Shown here: piece by piece, positions 38,701 through 47,817 of the stretch
Numbering within the stretch: the stretch's first letter is position 1
How the letters are laid out: every line of letters starts with the position of its first letter
Origin: Pseudomonadota bacterium
GTDB lineage: Bacteria > Bdellovibrionota > UBA1018 > CAIMNF01
Direction: 5' to 3'
Assembly: GCA_027491115.1 (NCBI GenBank)
Contig: JAIXWV010000035.1
Coordinates: 170 to 64,169, forward strand
DNA: 64,000 nucleotides
Made by a program: the position numbers and the translations under genes
Notes under the pieces: model-generated
Seen by the model: only the letters and a program-made list of their open reading frames with translations
Told to the model about the DNA's origin: nothing
The model's database searches: none

Positions 38701-39775
38701 AGTTGACGGTTCCATTTGAAGCTCCCGAGTAAATTACCTGATTTCCGGTATCGCAGGTTCCCTGCACCAGGACCGAGTTCTGGTTGGTCAAGTGGGGTTG
38801 AGCGATCGGGCTCGTGATGACTGGAGCGCTCGGAACGGTGGTCGAACGGATCCAGGTCCGGGTCAGCTCGGCCGATGAATTTCCCGCGAGATCGGTTTGC
38901 TTCAACCCGAGCACATAAGTCCCGTCTGTGCTGGCGCTCACCGGTAAGGTGAAATTTCCACCCGAGCAAAGGGTGGTGCCAGTCAGGTCGCCGCTCAGGT
39001 TCACCATGGCGCCATCTTCGCAGGTGCCATTCAGCGAGAGGGTACTGAGACTGTTTTGAATCGGATCGCCAGTGGGCGACACCAACACCAATGCCCCAGG
39101 GGCCACGGTATCCCTTTGCCAAACGATCGTTGCCGCAGCTGAGAAAACACCGAGCGGGTTTTTTTGTTTGACGTCGAGCTGGTAGGTGTTGTCGGTCGTG
39201 GTGGCCACCATGGCAGTGAACCGGCCCAATGATGAGCAATTGGTGGTGGCTGAGAGATCTCCAGAAACTTGAACCTGGTTTCCGGCCACGCAACTTCCTT
39301 CGAGCATCATCATGTTAGTGTTCGAGTAAACCGGGTTCACTAGAGGAGTGGTGATCACCGGGGTCGGGGGGAGAGAAGTATTGCGAATCCACTGAAAGCT
39401 TTTGGTCGTAGTGGTGTTCGCTTCGGTTACGGTTTGAGTGAGGGTGTAGGTGTAAGTGCCATCGGTGGTTTGGCTCACCAGGAAGGCAAAAATTCCGTTC
39501 TGGCAAGCGAGTGTTTCTGAGGCAGGTCCTGAGAGTTCGACCGTCGAACCCGTCACGCAGGTTCCTTTGAGTTGAACGTTCGAATCGGCCGAAGAGAAGG
39601 GGTTTGTTGCAGGGAGTGAAATGGTGAATGCGCTTCCAGCAGATGAGTTGGAGTTACCTTTGGCCAGAGACTTCGCAGAAACCTTTTCACGCTTCGAGCA
39701 CGCAGTCACACTTGAGGCCAAAGCCCCAGCCAACAAAATCAGGCGGACTGTCGTCACCCAAACGTTCCACTTCAC
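35702..39775 (-). CDS. Large surface lipoprotein with tandem Ig-like repeats and C-terminal LamG/ConA-like domain
   Basis: Lipobox VTAC; about 11 repeats of G.C...DG.Y...Q.D.AGN.S...W.RDT.AP; C-terminal LYHFD..TIEG..G.LDEIRIS. Confidence 0.88.
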   Translation of the reverse strand: MKWNVWVTTVRLILLAGALASSVTACSKREKVSAKSLAKGNSNSSAGSAFTISLPATNPFSSADSNVQLKGTCVTGSTVELSGPASETLACQNGIFAFLVSQTTDGTYTYTLTQTVTEANTTTTKSFQWIRNTSLPPTPVITTPLVNPVYSNTNMMMLEGSCVAGNQVQVSGDLSATTNCSSLGRFTAMVATTTDNTYQLDVKQKNPLGVFSAAATIVWQRDTVAPGALVLVSPTGDPIQNSLSTLSLNGTCEDGAMVNLSGDLTGTTLCSGGNFTLPVSASTDGTYVLGLKQTDLAGNSSAELTRTWIRSTTVPSAPVITSPIAQPHLTNQNSVLVQGTCDTGNQVIYSGASNGTVNCNSGTFTAGLSGSTDGLRTYSFIQKNSAGLNSPATSFSWERDTVAPQAVVIVGPGVSPYTTSGNSVILSGSCETGAAVQISGDFTSSTPCATGQFSFTLSGTTDATRTYTLKQVDAAANPSASVSWSWIRNSSVPETPSLSVPLHNPHYSNQTSVQLSGTCVSGNTVRVEGGNGVEGTTTCAQNSFTLNVTRPDDGTFNFDLYQRSTTGIDSSNLAFEWTLDRVAPTIPTLNSPATSPFTSNGNSVVVAGDCEDEALVTLDGDSQQQVACSQGHFSFTVGATTDGLKNLLISQTDLAGNTSPQANQIWIRDTVAPLQVTLQNPTTNPFTSGDTFLALTGTCETGATVALITLPANSSTTLPCSPTGSFSFPISQPGNGIYSYVLKQQDVAGNASADLTFEWTVDMTIPSTPIILSPNISPVYTNTRTLTLNLSCSTFSPLPGELALSGDIVSSEVTSPAGSLTAPCSGNAAQFQLNKTADGSFSILVDQTNPNTGISSAPASLLWIVDTVAPSAPVLISPTTNPFVAPGDLNIQGTCETGTTLKLEGAVQQTETCTNGTFHWTITHLLDGEYDFQISQTDLALNVSPVVNLHWTRDINAVSPPVIQIPSSNPYTSNQTTLTLSGSCGAGNLITLSGAQSGTTVCGSGGGFSFTLAPGSDGTRTYSLTQTLNGVESSPVEFQWTRDTVAPLVQITANPPAINYSNNSTFSFIANETVSGFECKLDTGAFGSCSSPRTLAIANGMHTYSIRATDLAGNISLAQSVTWEQKAHNTIALYHFDSSGTLTTDSGNYLNHLSNASSVASTTSGQFSGGAVFPSSTPRFMNVSQNPTLDLGTANLTIEGFFKLNTLGTSGHYYTLVSKSISNTNLSYQVRLRRGSSSRYYIDFLTILNGATNVTTATSNILSTSSYMGTWAYFGIVYTQGKVSIFTGTNPGQATSGVIRTIGTTSSTLKTTNSELRLGFGVTATNARPLNGTLDEIRISQTVRNISVMPSAAFSPD

Positions 39776-39946
39776 GACTCATACTCCCGGTGTTGATCCA
39801 TCCATAAGTATATCGGCCAGTAGCCTGAATCATCAGAGTGTCCGGAATGACCTGTTCGGGAGTTGGCGTTTTGCAAGATCAAGTAAATATGGGATTTTTT
39901 CACGTCAAGCCGTTGGCGCCGCGATTTCTCTACGAAATATATTTTG

Positions 39947-40558
39947 TCAGGCGCCGGAGCTCATTTTTTCGATCCATTTTGCGTTCTTCAGGAGCTCTTG
40001 AGCCTCTGGAATGCCCCCTAGATCAGGGTGAGTTTCAAACAGAAGGGCTAGCTCTCGGTAGTACCAGGCGACTTCGGTGGCGGGAGCGGAGAAGCGCGAG
40101 AAGGTGTTCTGGACACCGGCTGTTTCCAGATCGCGAACGATGCAACGAGAATTGTGGAGTTTGTCGGCCAAGATCACCTGGAGGGATTTCAGGTCGAGTC
40201 CCCGGATCTTCTCGATGGCGCGGAGCTTGCGCACTTTCCAAGGGGCTTTGGGGCCGTCTGTTTTTTGTGAATCCGAGCAGTTGAGGACGATTCTGGCCAC
40301 TTCGGCGCCTGCCAGGGCTTCGATCTCAGAGGCCGAAACCGGCTGGTCTTCGAGCACGTCGTGGAGCACGGCTGCGAGCACGCCCTCGGGTCCTGCACCG
40401 ATTTCCATGGCAAGTCCCGCGACCGAGAGGAGGTGCGAGAGGTAGGGAACAGAGGTACCCTTTCTCACCTCTGTGTGAAAGTGCCTGGCCGCAAATGCGG
40501 TGACTTTGCCGAGGGTTTCAGGGAATTCGACCGGCCACTGTGTGTTTTGACTGCTCAT
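39947..40558 (-). CDS. HD-domain protein, small alarmone hydrolase (Mesh1/SpoT hydrolase-like)
   Basis: RKG..PYLSH, LHDVLED, ADKLHN. Confidence 0.85.
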   Translation of the reverse strand: MSSQNTQWPVEFPETLGKVTAFAARHFHTEVRKGTSVPYLSHLLSVAGLAMEIGAGPEGVLAAVLHDVLEDQPVSASEIEALAGAEVARIVLNCSDSQKTDGPKAPWKVRKLRAIEKIRGLDLKSLQVILADKLHNSRCIVRDLETAGVQNTFSRFSAPATEVAWYYRELALLFETHPDLGGIPEAQELLKNAKWIEKMSSGA

Positions 40559-40566
40559 GGTTTCAG

Positions 40567-41037
40567 TTAATTTGATTCAGTAGTTTTTATTAGTCTACGG
40601 GCCATGAGTCCGGCAAGTGTTCCGAATACCACGCTCACCCCAATCAAGGGGTAGCAGCTCACTAGAGTCCCCCCGCACTGGTAGGCATCAGGATGAATCC
40701 GGAGGAACTCATCGAATCTGAATGTGGCGCAGTACAGGAACACTGCGATCCAGATTCCGGCCGATAAGACAAAGGATTGCGTCATCCGCCATTCCTTAAA
40801 TAGAACAGTGGCTAAAAAAAACGGGAATCCGTGGAGCACAAAAAACCGAGTCGTATGCCCTTCAAACCCAGTGATAGTGATGCCATAGTCGTCAGGAATT
40901 GGGCCTTTGGTCGTGAAAGGGGAGGGATCGTTGAAGTTGAGGTGACCGTAATACTTGTAATAAATGAACGCCGTCAGGATCAGGATGATGGATCCGTAAG
41001 TCTGCTCGCGACTGGTCAGTTCAGGGAGTTTCAACAC
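40567..41037 (-). CDS. Membrane hypothetical protein
   Basis: About four hydrophobic segments. Confidence 0.5.
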   Translation of the reverse strand: MLKLPELTSREQTYGSIILILTAFIYYKYYGHLNFNDPSPFTTKGPIPDDYGITITGFEGHTTRFFVLHGFPFFLATVLFKEWRMTQSFVLSAGIWIAVFLYCATFRFDEFLRIHPDAYQCGGTLVSCYPLIGVSVVFGTLAGLMARRLIKTTESN

Positions 41038-41051
41038 ACCTTAATTATGAC

Positions 41052-41468
41052 CTATATGAGCCTACGAGACAAGACTCCGGCCAGGAGCACCGTCCAGGTG
41101 AATGTCCGGACCCAATTGGTGCGGATCAGGCGCTCGATTGCCTCTAGATTTTTGCCGTTTCCGAGAAGGTTGTGCTCCGGAATCGACAAAAACGCAGTCG
41201 CCCCAAAGATGAGGAGAATCCCCGCAAGCTGGATCAACCACCCGAGGTTTCGGGCGGGAGTGGTCATGATGCAAACACAGATCAGAAGCTCCACAAACAT
41301 GGGCCACACGAGCAGGCTGATTCGGAAGCTGTGTGAGGCGTGGTGGAGGATGAAGTCGCCATCAGGAACCGATCGAAAGTTCGGGTAGAGGAGCAACTGC
41401 ACCACCCAGATGATTCCACACATCCAGATCACACAGGCATCATGCAGGTCGACGAGTCGCGAGAGCAT
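41052..41468 (-). CDS. Conserved membrane protein
   Basis: GIIWVVQLLLYP..H..L..NWVRT..W pattern, four TM helices. Confidence 0.7.
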   Translation of the reverse strand: MLSRLVDLHDACVIWMCGIIWVVQLLLYPNFRSVPDGDFILHHASHSFRISLLVWPMFVELLICVCIMTTPARNLGWLIQLAGILLIFGATAFLSIPEHNLLGNGKNLEAIERLIRTNWVRTFTWTVLLAGVLSRRLI

Positions 41469-41526
41469 TCAGGTCAAATTCTAGCATTTTGTGGTATGCT
41501 TTCAGCAAGCAAATCCGGGAGGGCTC

Positions 41527-41886
41527 ATGGCTCAGAACAAGGTGAAAGTATTTTTCGATGGAAACTGCATCGTGTGTGACTACGAGATCTCCCACTACTC
41601 GCGCATCATGCCCGAGGTGTTCGAACTTGTGGACATCAGCGCGCCCGGCTTCGCGGCGGCAGGTTATGGGCTCGATGCCGAGGCGGTGAACCGCCACATG
41701 CACATTCAGACCGAACAAGGCGAGATCAGGATTGGCGTCGATGCCTTTGCCTACATCTGGAGCAAGATCCCGCGCTATGCGATCGGGAGTCAACTGATTC
41801 AGCTCCCCGGGGTGTATGGCTTGGCTAAGGTGGGATACTGGGTTTTTGCAAAAAATCGCCACTTTTTACCAAAGAAGAAACGTTAG
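41527..41886 (+). CDS. DUF393/DCC thiol-disulfide oxidoreductase family protein
   Basis: FFDGNCIVC, GVDAF..IW, Y..FAKNR. Confidence 0.9.
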   Translation: MAQNKVKVFFDGNCIVCDYEISHYSRIMPEVFELVDISAPGFAAAGYGLDAEAVNRHMHIQTEQGEIRIGVDAFAYIWSKIPRYAIGSQLIQLPGVYGLAKVGYWVFAKNRHFLPKKKR

Positions 41887-42324
41887 CTGTTTTTAATTTA
41901 GAGACCGATAGTTTGGATCTGGAGCACCTCAATCAAACAAATAGAATCATTTAGGGCCATTAGGTAAACTGGAAAGAGTTTCATCAAGGAATTTAGAAGT
42001 GCTCCAAAATTAGTTTCAATTGCACAGGCCCCAATATTTTTTTTATTGCCAAAGAACGCACTGGATTGATTCGCATAGCTAAAGATGTAAGTCATGAATC
42101 TTGGGATTCTCTTGGCGATCAGCTTCCTTGATAGTCCGTCTGCTGTGGGCATTATTTTTTATCGCAGATAATGAATTCATTGATCGTTAAATTCCTGTGA
42201 GTAGATTACATCCCACCTCTTAATAATGGTGCCTTTGAAATCATGGACGAGAATGGCCCAGTGAGATAGATTCAAGCAGTGGCACCAGTCAAGTGTCTGT
42301 TAAGAATTGAGGGTTTTTATTGGT

Positions 42325-43248
42325 ATGGATCCATTTAAGAAACTGGTCCTGAGTAGTTTTCAAGAGTCAAAGATATTGGAGGAATTGATTTCTCCCATGA
42401 AAACCCATGAGTTTTTTTCAGATGTGTTCCAGAAGAATGTAGCAACCTGGAGTCAGGAACCAACACAGTTATCAAAGTTGTTCGCTTATAACTCTTTTAT
42501 TGATGTTATTAAAAAGTGTACTAAGCCCGAACAAATGAAGTTTTTTCAAGCTGTAGATGAAAATCACTCTCAGGAGTTGAATCACTCCGGCATCCAACAA
42601 ATCATGAGAAACTCAAGTGGGGATTGGGATACGGAGCGGTGTGAGGATTTTTTCAGAGGTGGTGGTTCTGTTCTGTTTTTTGCCCTAGAGGATCTGGATG
42701 AGCGGATTCAGGTAATCAGGGAGTGTTTCAAGAAAATTTTTAATTGTGATATTTTTGTAAATGCTTTTGCAACACCGCGCGGCGCACAGTCTGTGCATCG
42801 ACACTATGACCCCTACGATGTTTTTGCTTTTCAGATGAGTGGTTCGAAGACCTGGAGGTTTTATAAACCTTTGAAGGGTATGGAAATGTATTCTACTTGT
42901 CAGCCGTTGATTGATGTGAGGGAAAATCAAGATCTCGTACTTGAACGGGAGGTTCGTTTACTTCCTGGTGATGTGATGTATTTCCCACGAGGATTCATTC
43001 ATGAAGCGAGAACTACCGAGCAAGATTCTGATTCTCTCCATTTCACGTTGACTTTAGTATACGACACCTGGAATGGGTATTTTTCAAAGATTGTTCTTGA
43101 ATCATTAAATGCGATTCACTCTTGTGAAGATTTTAGAAATTTTTTTCCTCACCTTTTGAGTGGTTCGAATGATTTCAAGGTAGCAGAACAAATTGTTTAT
43201 CAAAAATTCATCGATGAACTTAAGTCGAGGTTGATCAGCTTACCCTAG
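42325..43248 (+). CDS. JmjC/cupin-4 2-oxoglutarate oxygenase (YcfD/ROX-like)
   Basis: HYDPYDVF..Q..GSKTW, L.PGD.MYFPRG..HEA; visibly AT-rich. Confidence 0.88.
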   Translation: MDPFKKLVLSSFQESKILEELISPMKTHEFFSDVFQKNVATWSQEPTQLSKLFAYNSFIDVIKKCTKPEQMKFFQAVDENHSQELNHSGIQQIMRNSSGDWDTERCEDFFRGGGSVLFFALEDLDERIQVIRECFKKIFNCDIFVNAFATPRGAQSVHRHYDPYDVFAFQMSGSKTWRFYKPLKGMEMYSTCQPLIDVRENQDLVLEREVRLLPGDVMYFPRGFIHEARTTEQDSDSLHFTLTLVYDTWNGYFSKIVLESLNAIHSCEDFRNFFPHLLSGSNDFKVAEQIVYQKFIDELKSRLISLP

Positions 43249-43355
43249 ATTATGCTAGTTTAGTTCGAATCCTTTTTGGGTAGGGGTTACTATGCTCAGA
43301 TTGTTATTGTTCCTCGGTTTGTTGGAGATGAAGTAAAAAAGACTCAGGATTAAAC

Positions 43356-44045
43356 ATGAGAATAGTCGTACTAACGGGAGCCGGAATGAGCGCCGAGAGC
43401 GGAGTGATGACTTTTCGCGGAAACGGTGGTCTTTGGGAGAACCACCGAATCGAGGAGGTTGCCACGCCTGAGGCGTTTGCCCGGAACCCGGAGCTGGTCC
43501 TCACGTTTTTCAACCAACGGCGGGCGCAGCTCAATCAGGTAGCGCCGAATGCCGGCCACCTGGCTCTCGCAAAACTCGAAAAAGAACACGAGTTGAGGAT
43601 CATCACTCAGAATGTGGACGATCTCCATGAAAGAGCGGGGAGTACGCAGGTCTTGCATCTTCACGGAAAGCTGAGAGAGGTGCGCTCAGTGCGTAACCCT
43701 GAAATGGTGCTCCCGTGGACAGGGGATCTGAACTTGGGGGATACCGGACCGGACGGGGTCCAACTCAGACCCAACATCGTCTGGTTCGGCGAGGCCGTTC
43801 CCGCAATGGATGAAGCAGTGGAGATCGCGCGCACTGCGGATCACTTCCTGATCATCGGCACTTCGCTTCAGGTGTACCCTGCGGCCTCGCTGTATCGCTA
43901 CATCGCACCTGGAATTCCGTGCACCTACATCGATCCGTCACCCAATCGTGACGGACTCGACGCAAGAGTTCGGGTCATCCCAAAGGGAGCAGGAGAAGGA
44001 GTGCCCGAGTGGATTCAGTTTTTGCGCGGAGACGCCAGAAATTAA
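43356..44045 (+). CDS. cobB: NAD-dependent protein deacylase (sirtuin)
   Basis: GAGMSAESG..TFR, TQNVDDLHERAG, HG, RPNIVWFGE, GTSLQVYPAA. Confidence 0.96.
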   Translation: MRIVVLTGAGMSAESGVMTFRGNGGLWENHRIEEVATPEAFARNPELVLTFFNQRRAQLNQVAPNAGHLALAKLEKEHELRIITQNVDDLHERAGSTQVLHLHGKLREVRSVRNPEMVLPWTGDLNLGDTGPDGVQLRPNIVWFGEAVPAMDEAVEIARTADHFLIIGTSLQVYPAASLYRYIAPGIPCTYIDPSPNRDGLDARVRVIPKGAGEGVPEWIQFLRGDARN

Positions 44046-44256
44046 TCCAATAATTGACAGTCTTGAGTGATCGAGTCTTCTGGGGCAGCTTCAACCGCGC
44101 ATTGTTCCGACTGGTCTTCCCACTCATCAGGGCAGAGTGGATCAAGGGGGGATGCGGACGACAACCTGAACGACGGTACTTGGTTAGAAAAATTTAGCGA
44201 TACTTGCGACAATACCCGTGCCTTGTATTGTATTTCGATTTGAAACACTTGCCCGG

Positions 44257-44937
44257 CTATTGCTTCAATAAAACAGCGCCCAAATCCAAAGGTCTTTTTT
44301 CAGCACTGCTAGCATCAAACAAGGATTCATCCACGTTTGGAGTGGAGGGATTATCTGCGTCTGCTACTTGCCCGAGCTGGAGACGCTGAGGCACCGAGGT
44401 AGCATCGACTTTTGCAATACTGAATTCCGTCGTTCCCGGAAGGGCAGAGCAACCTGAATTCGTTACGTCGTAATCGGTTTCGTCAACAGAAGAACCCACT
44501 CCTGCGCACTCTTGGACGAAACCAGCGCCAAGTGCGCTCGAGTTGAATTTGCGAATCTTCGCGGTACGGGTAGCGATGTCCAAGGCAAAAGCCCCGCTTA
44601 CCGCCACTGACCCAGCTCCCTTTACTAGCACCCCTGTGGCAGTGAGCTCCGCCTGTTTGGATCCACTGCATGATCCATCCCGTGATGTCCATATTGAAAA
44701 TGTGCTGTTGAATTGATCTCCACTGATGGTGAGCAATTGCATCATGTCAAAATCGTCACTGGAATCCGAAGGTGTGTTGTTATCGTTAGTCGTACATTCC
44801 TGTCGCCAGGTACCAGCCATAGAGCCGATATCAGCATCAGTACTGGTTGATGGTTTTGTGCATGAGGTCAGAACCAAGACCATCAGAGCTGAAGTAAGCC
44901 TTCTTTGATTCCACGGGGTAATTTCGAACATACCCAC
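44257..44937 (-). CDS. Hypothetical lipoprotein
   Basis: Lipobox LTSC; GTW..C motif. Confidence 0.7.
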   Translation of the reverse strand: MGMFEITPWNQRRLTSALMVLVLTSCTKPSTSTDADIGSMAGTWRQECTTNDNNTPSDSSDDFDMMQLLTISGDQFNSTFSIWTSRDGSCSGSKQAELTATGVLVKGAGSVAVSGAFALDIATRTAKIRKFNSSALGAGFVQECAGVGSSVDETDYDVTNSGCSALPGTTEFSIAKVDATSVPQRLQLGQVADADNPSTPNVDESLFDASSAEKRPLDLGAVLLKQ

Positions 44938-45045
44938 TCATCGAATGAATCTGACACAAACTTAACGGGAGTGAAGGAGTCCTTTCCGTCGCACACAAGC
45001 CTTTGGTTTTCAGCCTGAGTCAGGCGTATGGCCTCGCTACGTAGT

Positions 45046-45132
45046 TTCATCGACACTTCCTCGAACCGGAATAGTCTCGGTACAAGAGTACGGGTCATCG
45101 CCAAGAGCGCAGGAGAAGGGGTGTCCGAGTGG
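45046..45132 (+). pseudogene. Degenerate copy of the cobB 3' end
   Basis: Ungapped 64/87 nt match (hand count) to 43926-44012; FIDTSSNRNSLGTRVRVIAKSAGEGVSEW vs YIDPSPNRDGLDARVRVIPKGAGEGVPEW. Confidence 0.85.
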
Positions 45133-45133
45133 G

Positions 45134-47665
45134 TCACTTCGCTTTCGGTTCAATCCCGTTGATTTCGCCTTCTTTCATGAGCTTCTTGAACGTGCCCTCG
45201 CCGAACTCGGAATCGACCTCACTCCGGATGAGTTTTTTCTCATCGCGGCAGCCTTTCTTCAATCGACGGAGAATCCCTGGCTTCTGGAGAGTCAGGTTGT
45301 AGACGGGGATATCGGTGTACTTGGTTTCCTTGGTGGGCGAGACCCGACCCCGACAGGTCACATCAATTTTTGGCTGATCCACGCTCTCAGACTTCTTACC
45401 CGGAGCTTCGATCGAGGCCGCCACATCGAACAACTTGAGCGCGTTGAAGTCTTCGATCACTTTCGGATCTACTTTTGCGCGGCCATCTTCATGAAACCCA
45501 CCCTTCACAGCATTCAGGTACATCTTCTTACGTATTTCTGCGTTCGAACAAACGCGGCCATGAAGTTCTGGGTTAGATGAAGCCAGGCTCGGGCACTCTT
45601 CGTCGAAGAACTGATTGACCGAGCACTCGTAAAGGGCGCTGCTTTGAAAAGGGTTCATGTGTTTCCTGCAGCAATCTTTCAGGAGTGGATCTCCTTCCTC
45701 ACACACCTCTCCATAAGAGCCAGAATAGGGGTACTCCGGACTCAGTGGGCCGACCGCTTTCGAGACCCCTTTCCTGACAAAAGATGATTCGGGAATCTGA
45801 TACGTACCCGCACCATCTCCTAAATACGATCCGAACTGGGCCCGGATCTCTTCCATCATCAGGCGCTCCGCCTCGGATTTACGCATCTGAGCGAGCTCGT
45901 CTAGGGTCTTGGCGGTGTTGTTGTTGTTCCGGTTCGCCGTGCCCATCACATTGAGGTTGATTTTGGCATTTTTCAACGCCTCGTCCAATTGCTCGCGGGT
46001 TACCGGCTTGGCGAGCTTCAATTGGCTCATGTACCGATCCACCATGTCCTTGGCCTGGTCCTTGAGCGCCTGATTTCCCTGTTTGATGTTTTCGTAGTTG
46101 TTGTCGTTCACATCAGAGCAGGTGAGGATATCCTGGGATTTTTGACCATCATGGATCCGGTATGCGCCCAAGGTAGCGTCATTCAAAGTGTAACCCTTCT
46201 GACAGTCACCCGAGAACTTATTCAGATCAAAGGTCGGGACGTTGTCAGGGAAGTACTCGCCCACTTCTGATTTGCTACCGACGGTCAGGCTACTAGTAGA
46301 GCAAATGATGCCAGATGGGTGAACATACTGTGTGGTGTGTACCTTGTCGAATGCCGTTGTCACCTGGTCAGCATCGAGTTTTGCGACTTCAGCTTTCACC
46401 TCGTTCTTACAGTGCTCAATGGCTTGATCCTTCAGATTTTGCAGAAGTTTATCGTTATCATAAGGTTGATCGCAAACCTTTCCGGAAACCTCCCCCAACC
46501 AATTTCCATCAACTGTGAGAACATTGATGTCGCAAGTTTCTCTCTTTTTGTCTTCTTTCGGGGTGTAGGTGTAGCAGGGGTCGGTACAAGTACAGTCGGC
46601 CCCGTTCCAGGCGGTAGGGTCGCCGTATTTGTTTACACATTTGGCTTTGAGTTCATCTTTGTGACCGGGATGTTTGAGTTTGATTTTACCGCAAAATTCG
46701 GGTTTTTCCTTGATTCGGGGAACCGGCGGGCAGTCACAAGAGGATTCTCGCCAGCTTCGGCGAGGGTCGATCTTGATCAACAACTCGCAATATTGCTTCT
46801 TGCGGTTGTACTCTCCGAGACCGATTTGCCCGAAATTTGGTCCACAGTCATGGAGCTTCTTTGTGTCATGACATTCGCAGGTGGTCAGATTGTACTCGTA
46901 GTACTTTCTCGAGTTAGGATCTGAATTCGGCTTCTCGCACTTGTCTTTTTCGGCGAGCCTTTCGTCGTTCGTCATCATTTTACCGTTCGCGCATGGTGTG
47001 ACTTTTTTATCGTCAGTTTTACATTCGCAAACTTCTTCGTTCCAAGTATGAGTTTTGAATTTGTCGTCACACTTCTTCTTTTCTTTTTCAAACTTATCCA
47101 AGGTCCAGTTCTTCTCGCCACAGAAGCGGGCGGTGTGGATTTCAAACTTCTTTTTCCCTGCCCCGAGTGATTCGAGCTCTTTGCCTTTGAGTTTAAATTT
47201 TTTATCGAACAGGCCTTTTTTTAAGACAGTGAAATCGCCATTGGGGTCGCCTTTAACCTTCATTTCGATGGCGACCATTTGCCCGTTGTTGTAATTAATC
47301 AGCTTGTACAATTTTGTTTTTTTGCCTTTGTCCTCTTGAATCGAGCCCGTAATGTATTTTCCAGAAGATCCTTCAATCCGTCCTTTCTTGAGAAGTTCCT
47401 TCAAGCATCGTTCAGCAGCTTCTGTGCTTGAAAACAGTGCGGTTTGTTTGGTGTCCTGTTTCTCTTCTGCGTCCGTCAGGTTTTCTGCTGCGCCCGAATT
47501 GTTGAGGAGTGGGTCGGCGACATCGTGAGCATGGAGCAACGAAGCCATACCTTGATAATCACAAAGATCAACAGGCCGGGGGTTTTGTGCTTGGGCCGGT
47601 GCGATCCCTTGGAGCGACAAAGCGATCAACCAAGCGAATGTGACGATTGAATGAGAAACTTTCAT
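45134..47665 (-). CDS. Large secreted Cys/Lys-rich protein
   Basis: Signal peptide; four about 45-aa repeats CG..K..C..W/Y...C.C. Confidence 0.75.
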   Translation of the reverse strand: MKVSHSIVTFAWLIALSLQGIAPAQAQNPRPVDLCDYQGMASLLHAHDVADPLLNNSGAAENLTDAEEKQDTKQTALFSSTEAAERCLKELLKKGRIEGSSGKYITGSIQEDKGKKTKLYKLINYNNGQMVAIEMKVKGDPNGDFTVLKKGLFDKKFKLKGKELESLGAGKKKFEIHTARFCGEKNWTLDKFEKEKKKCDDKFKTHTWNEEVCECKTDDKKVTPCANGKMMTNDERLAEKDKCEKPNSDPNSRKYYEYNLTTCECHDTKKLHDCGPNFGQIGLGEYNRKKQYCELLIKIDPRRSWRESSCDCPPVPRIKEKPEFCGKIKLKHPGHKDELKAKCVNKYGDPTAWNGADCTCTDPCYTYTPKEDKKRETCDINVLTVDGNWLGEVSGKVCDQPYDNDKLLQNLKDQAIEHCKNEVKAEVAKLDADQVTTAFDKVHTTQYVHPSGIICSTSSLTVGSKSEVGEYFPDNVPTFDLNKFSGDCQKGYTLNDATLGAYRIHDGQKSQDILTCSDVNDNNYENIKQGNQALKDQAKDMVDRYMSQLKLAKPVTREQLDEALKNAKINLNVMGTANRNNNNTAKTLDELAQMRKSEAERLMMEEIRAQFGSYLGDGAGTYQIPESSFVRKGVSKAVGPLSPEYPYSGSYGEVCEEGDPLLKDCCRKHMNPFQSSALYECSVNQFFDEECPSLASSNPELHGRVCSNAEIRKKMYLNAVKGGFHEDGRAKVDPKVIEDFNALKLFDVAASIEAPGKKSESVDQPKIDVTCRGRVSPTKETKYTDIPVYNLTLQKPGILRRLKKGCRDEKKLIRSEVDSEFGEGTFKKLMKEGEINGIEPKAK

Positions 47666-47817
47666 GGATTTACCCCTTGAGTCGACAGGCTACAATTAAA
47701 CCCGCCCCTGAATACTTAAAGTTTATCGGATACCACCATGATGTCATTTAGTTTTTTGCTTTATGGCAAAAACACCGTCAGAAGGTAAACGGATTCAGTT
47801 GTGTAGGAGCCCTGTCT

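Noticed and set aside
43356-44045. Sir2-type anti-phage defence gene
   Set aside because: The sequence is a canonical short CobB deacylase with no defence partner genes.
44042-44248. 68-aa minus-strand ORF after the lipoprotein gene
   Set aside because: No motif or clear RBS; cannot be supported.
44883-45137. 84-aa minus-strand ORF
   Set aside because: Largely antisense to the cobB 3' remnant; no independent support.
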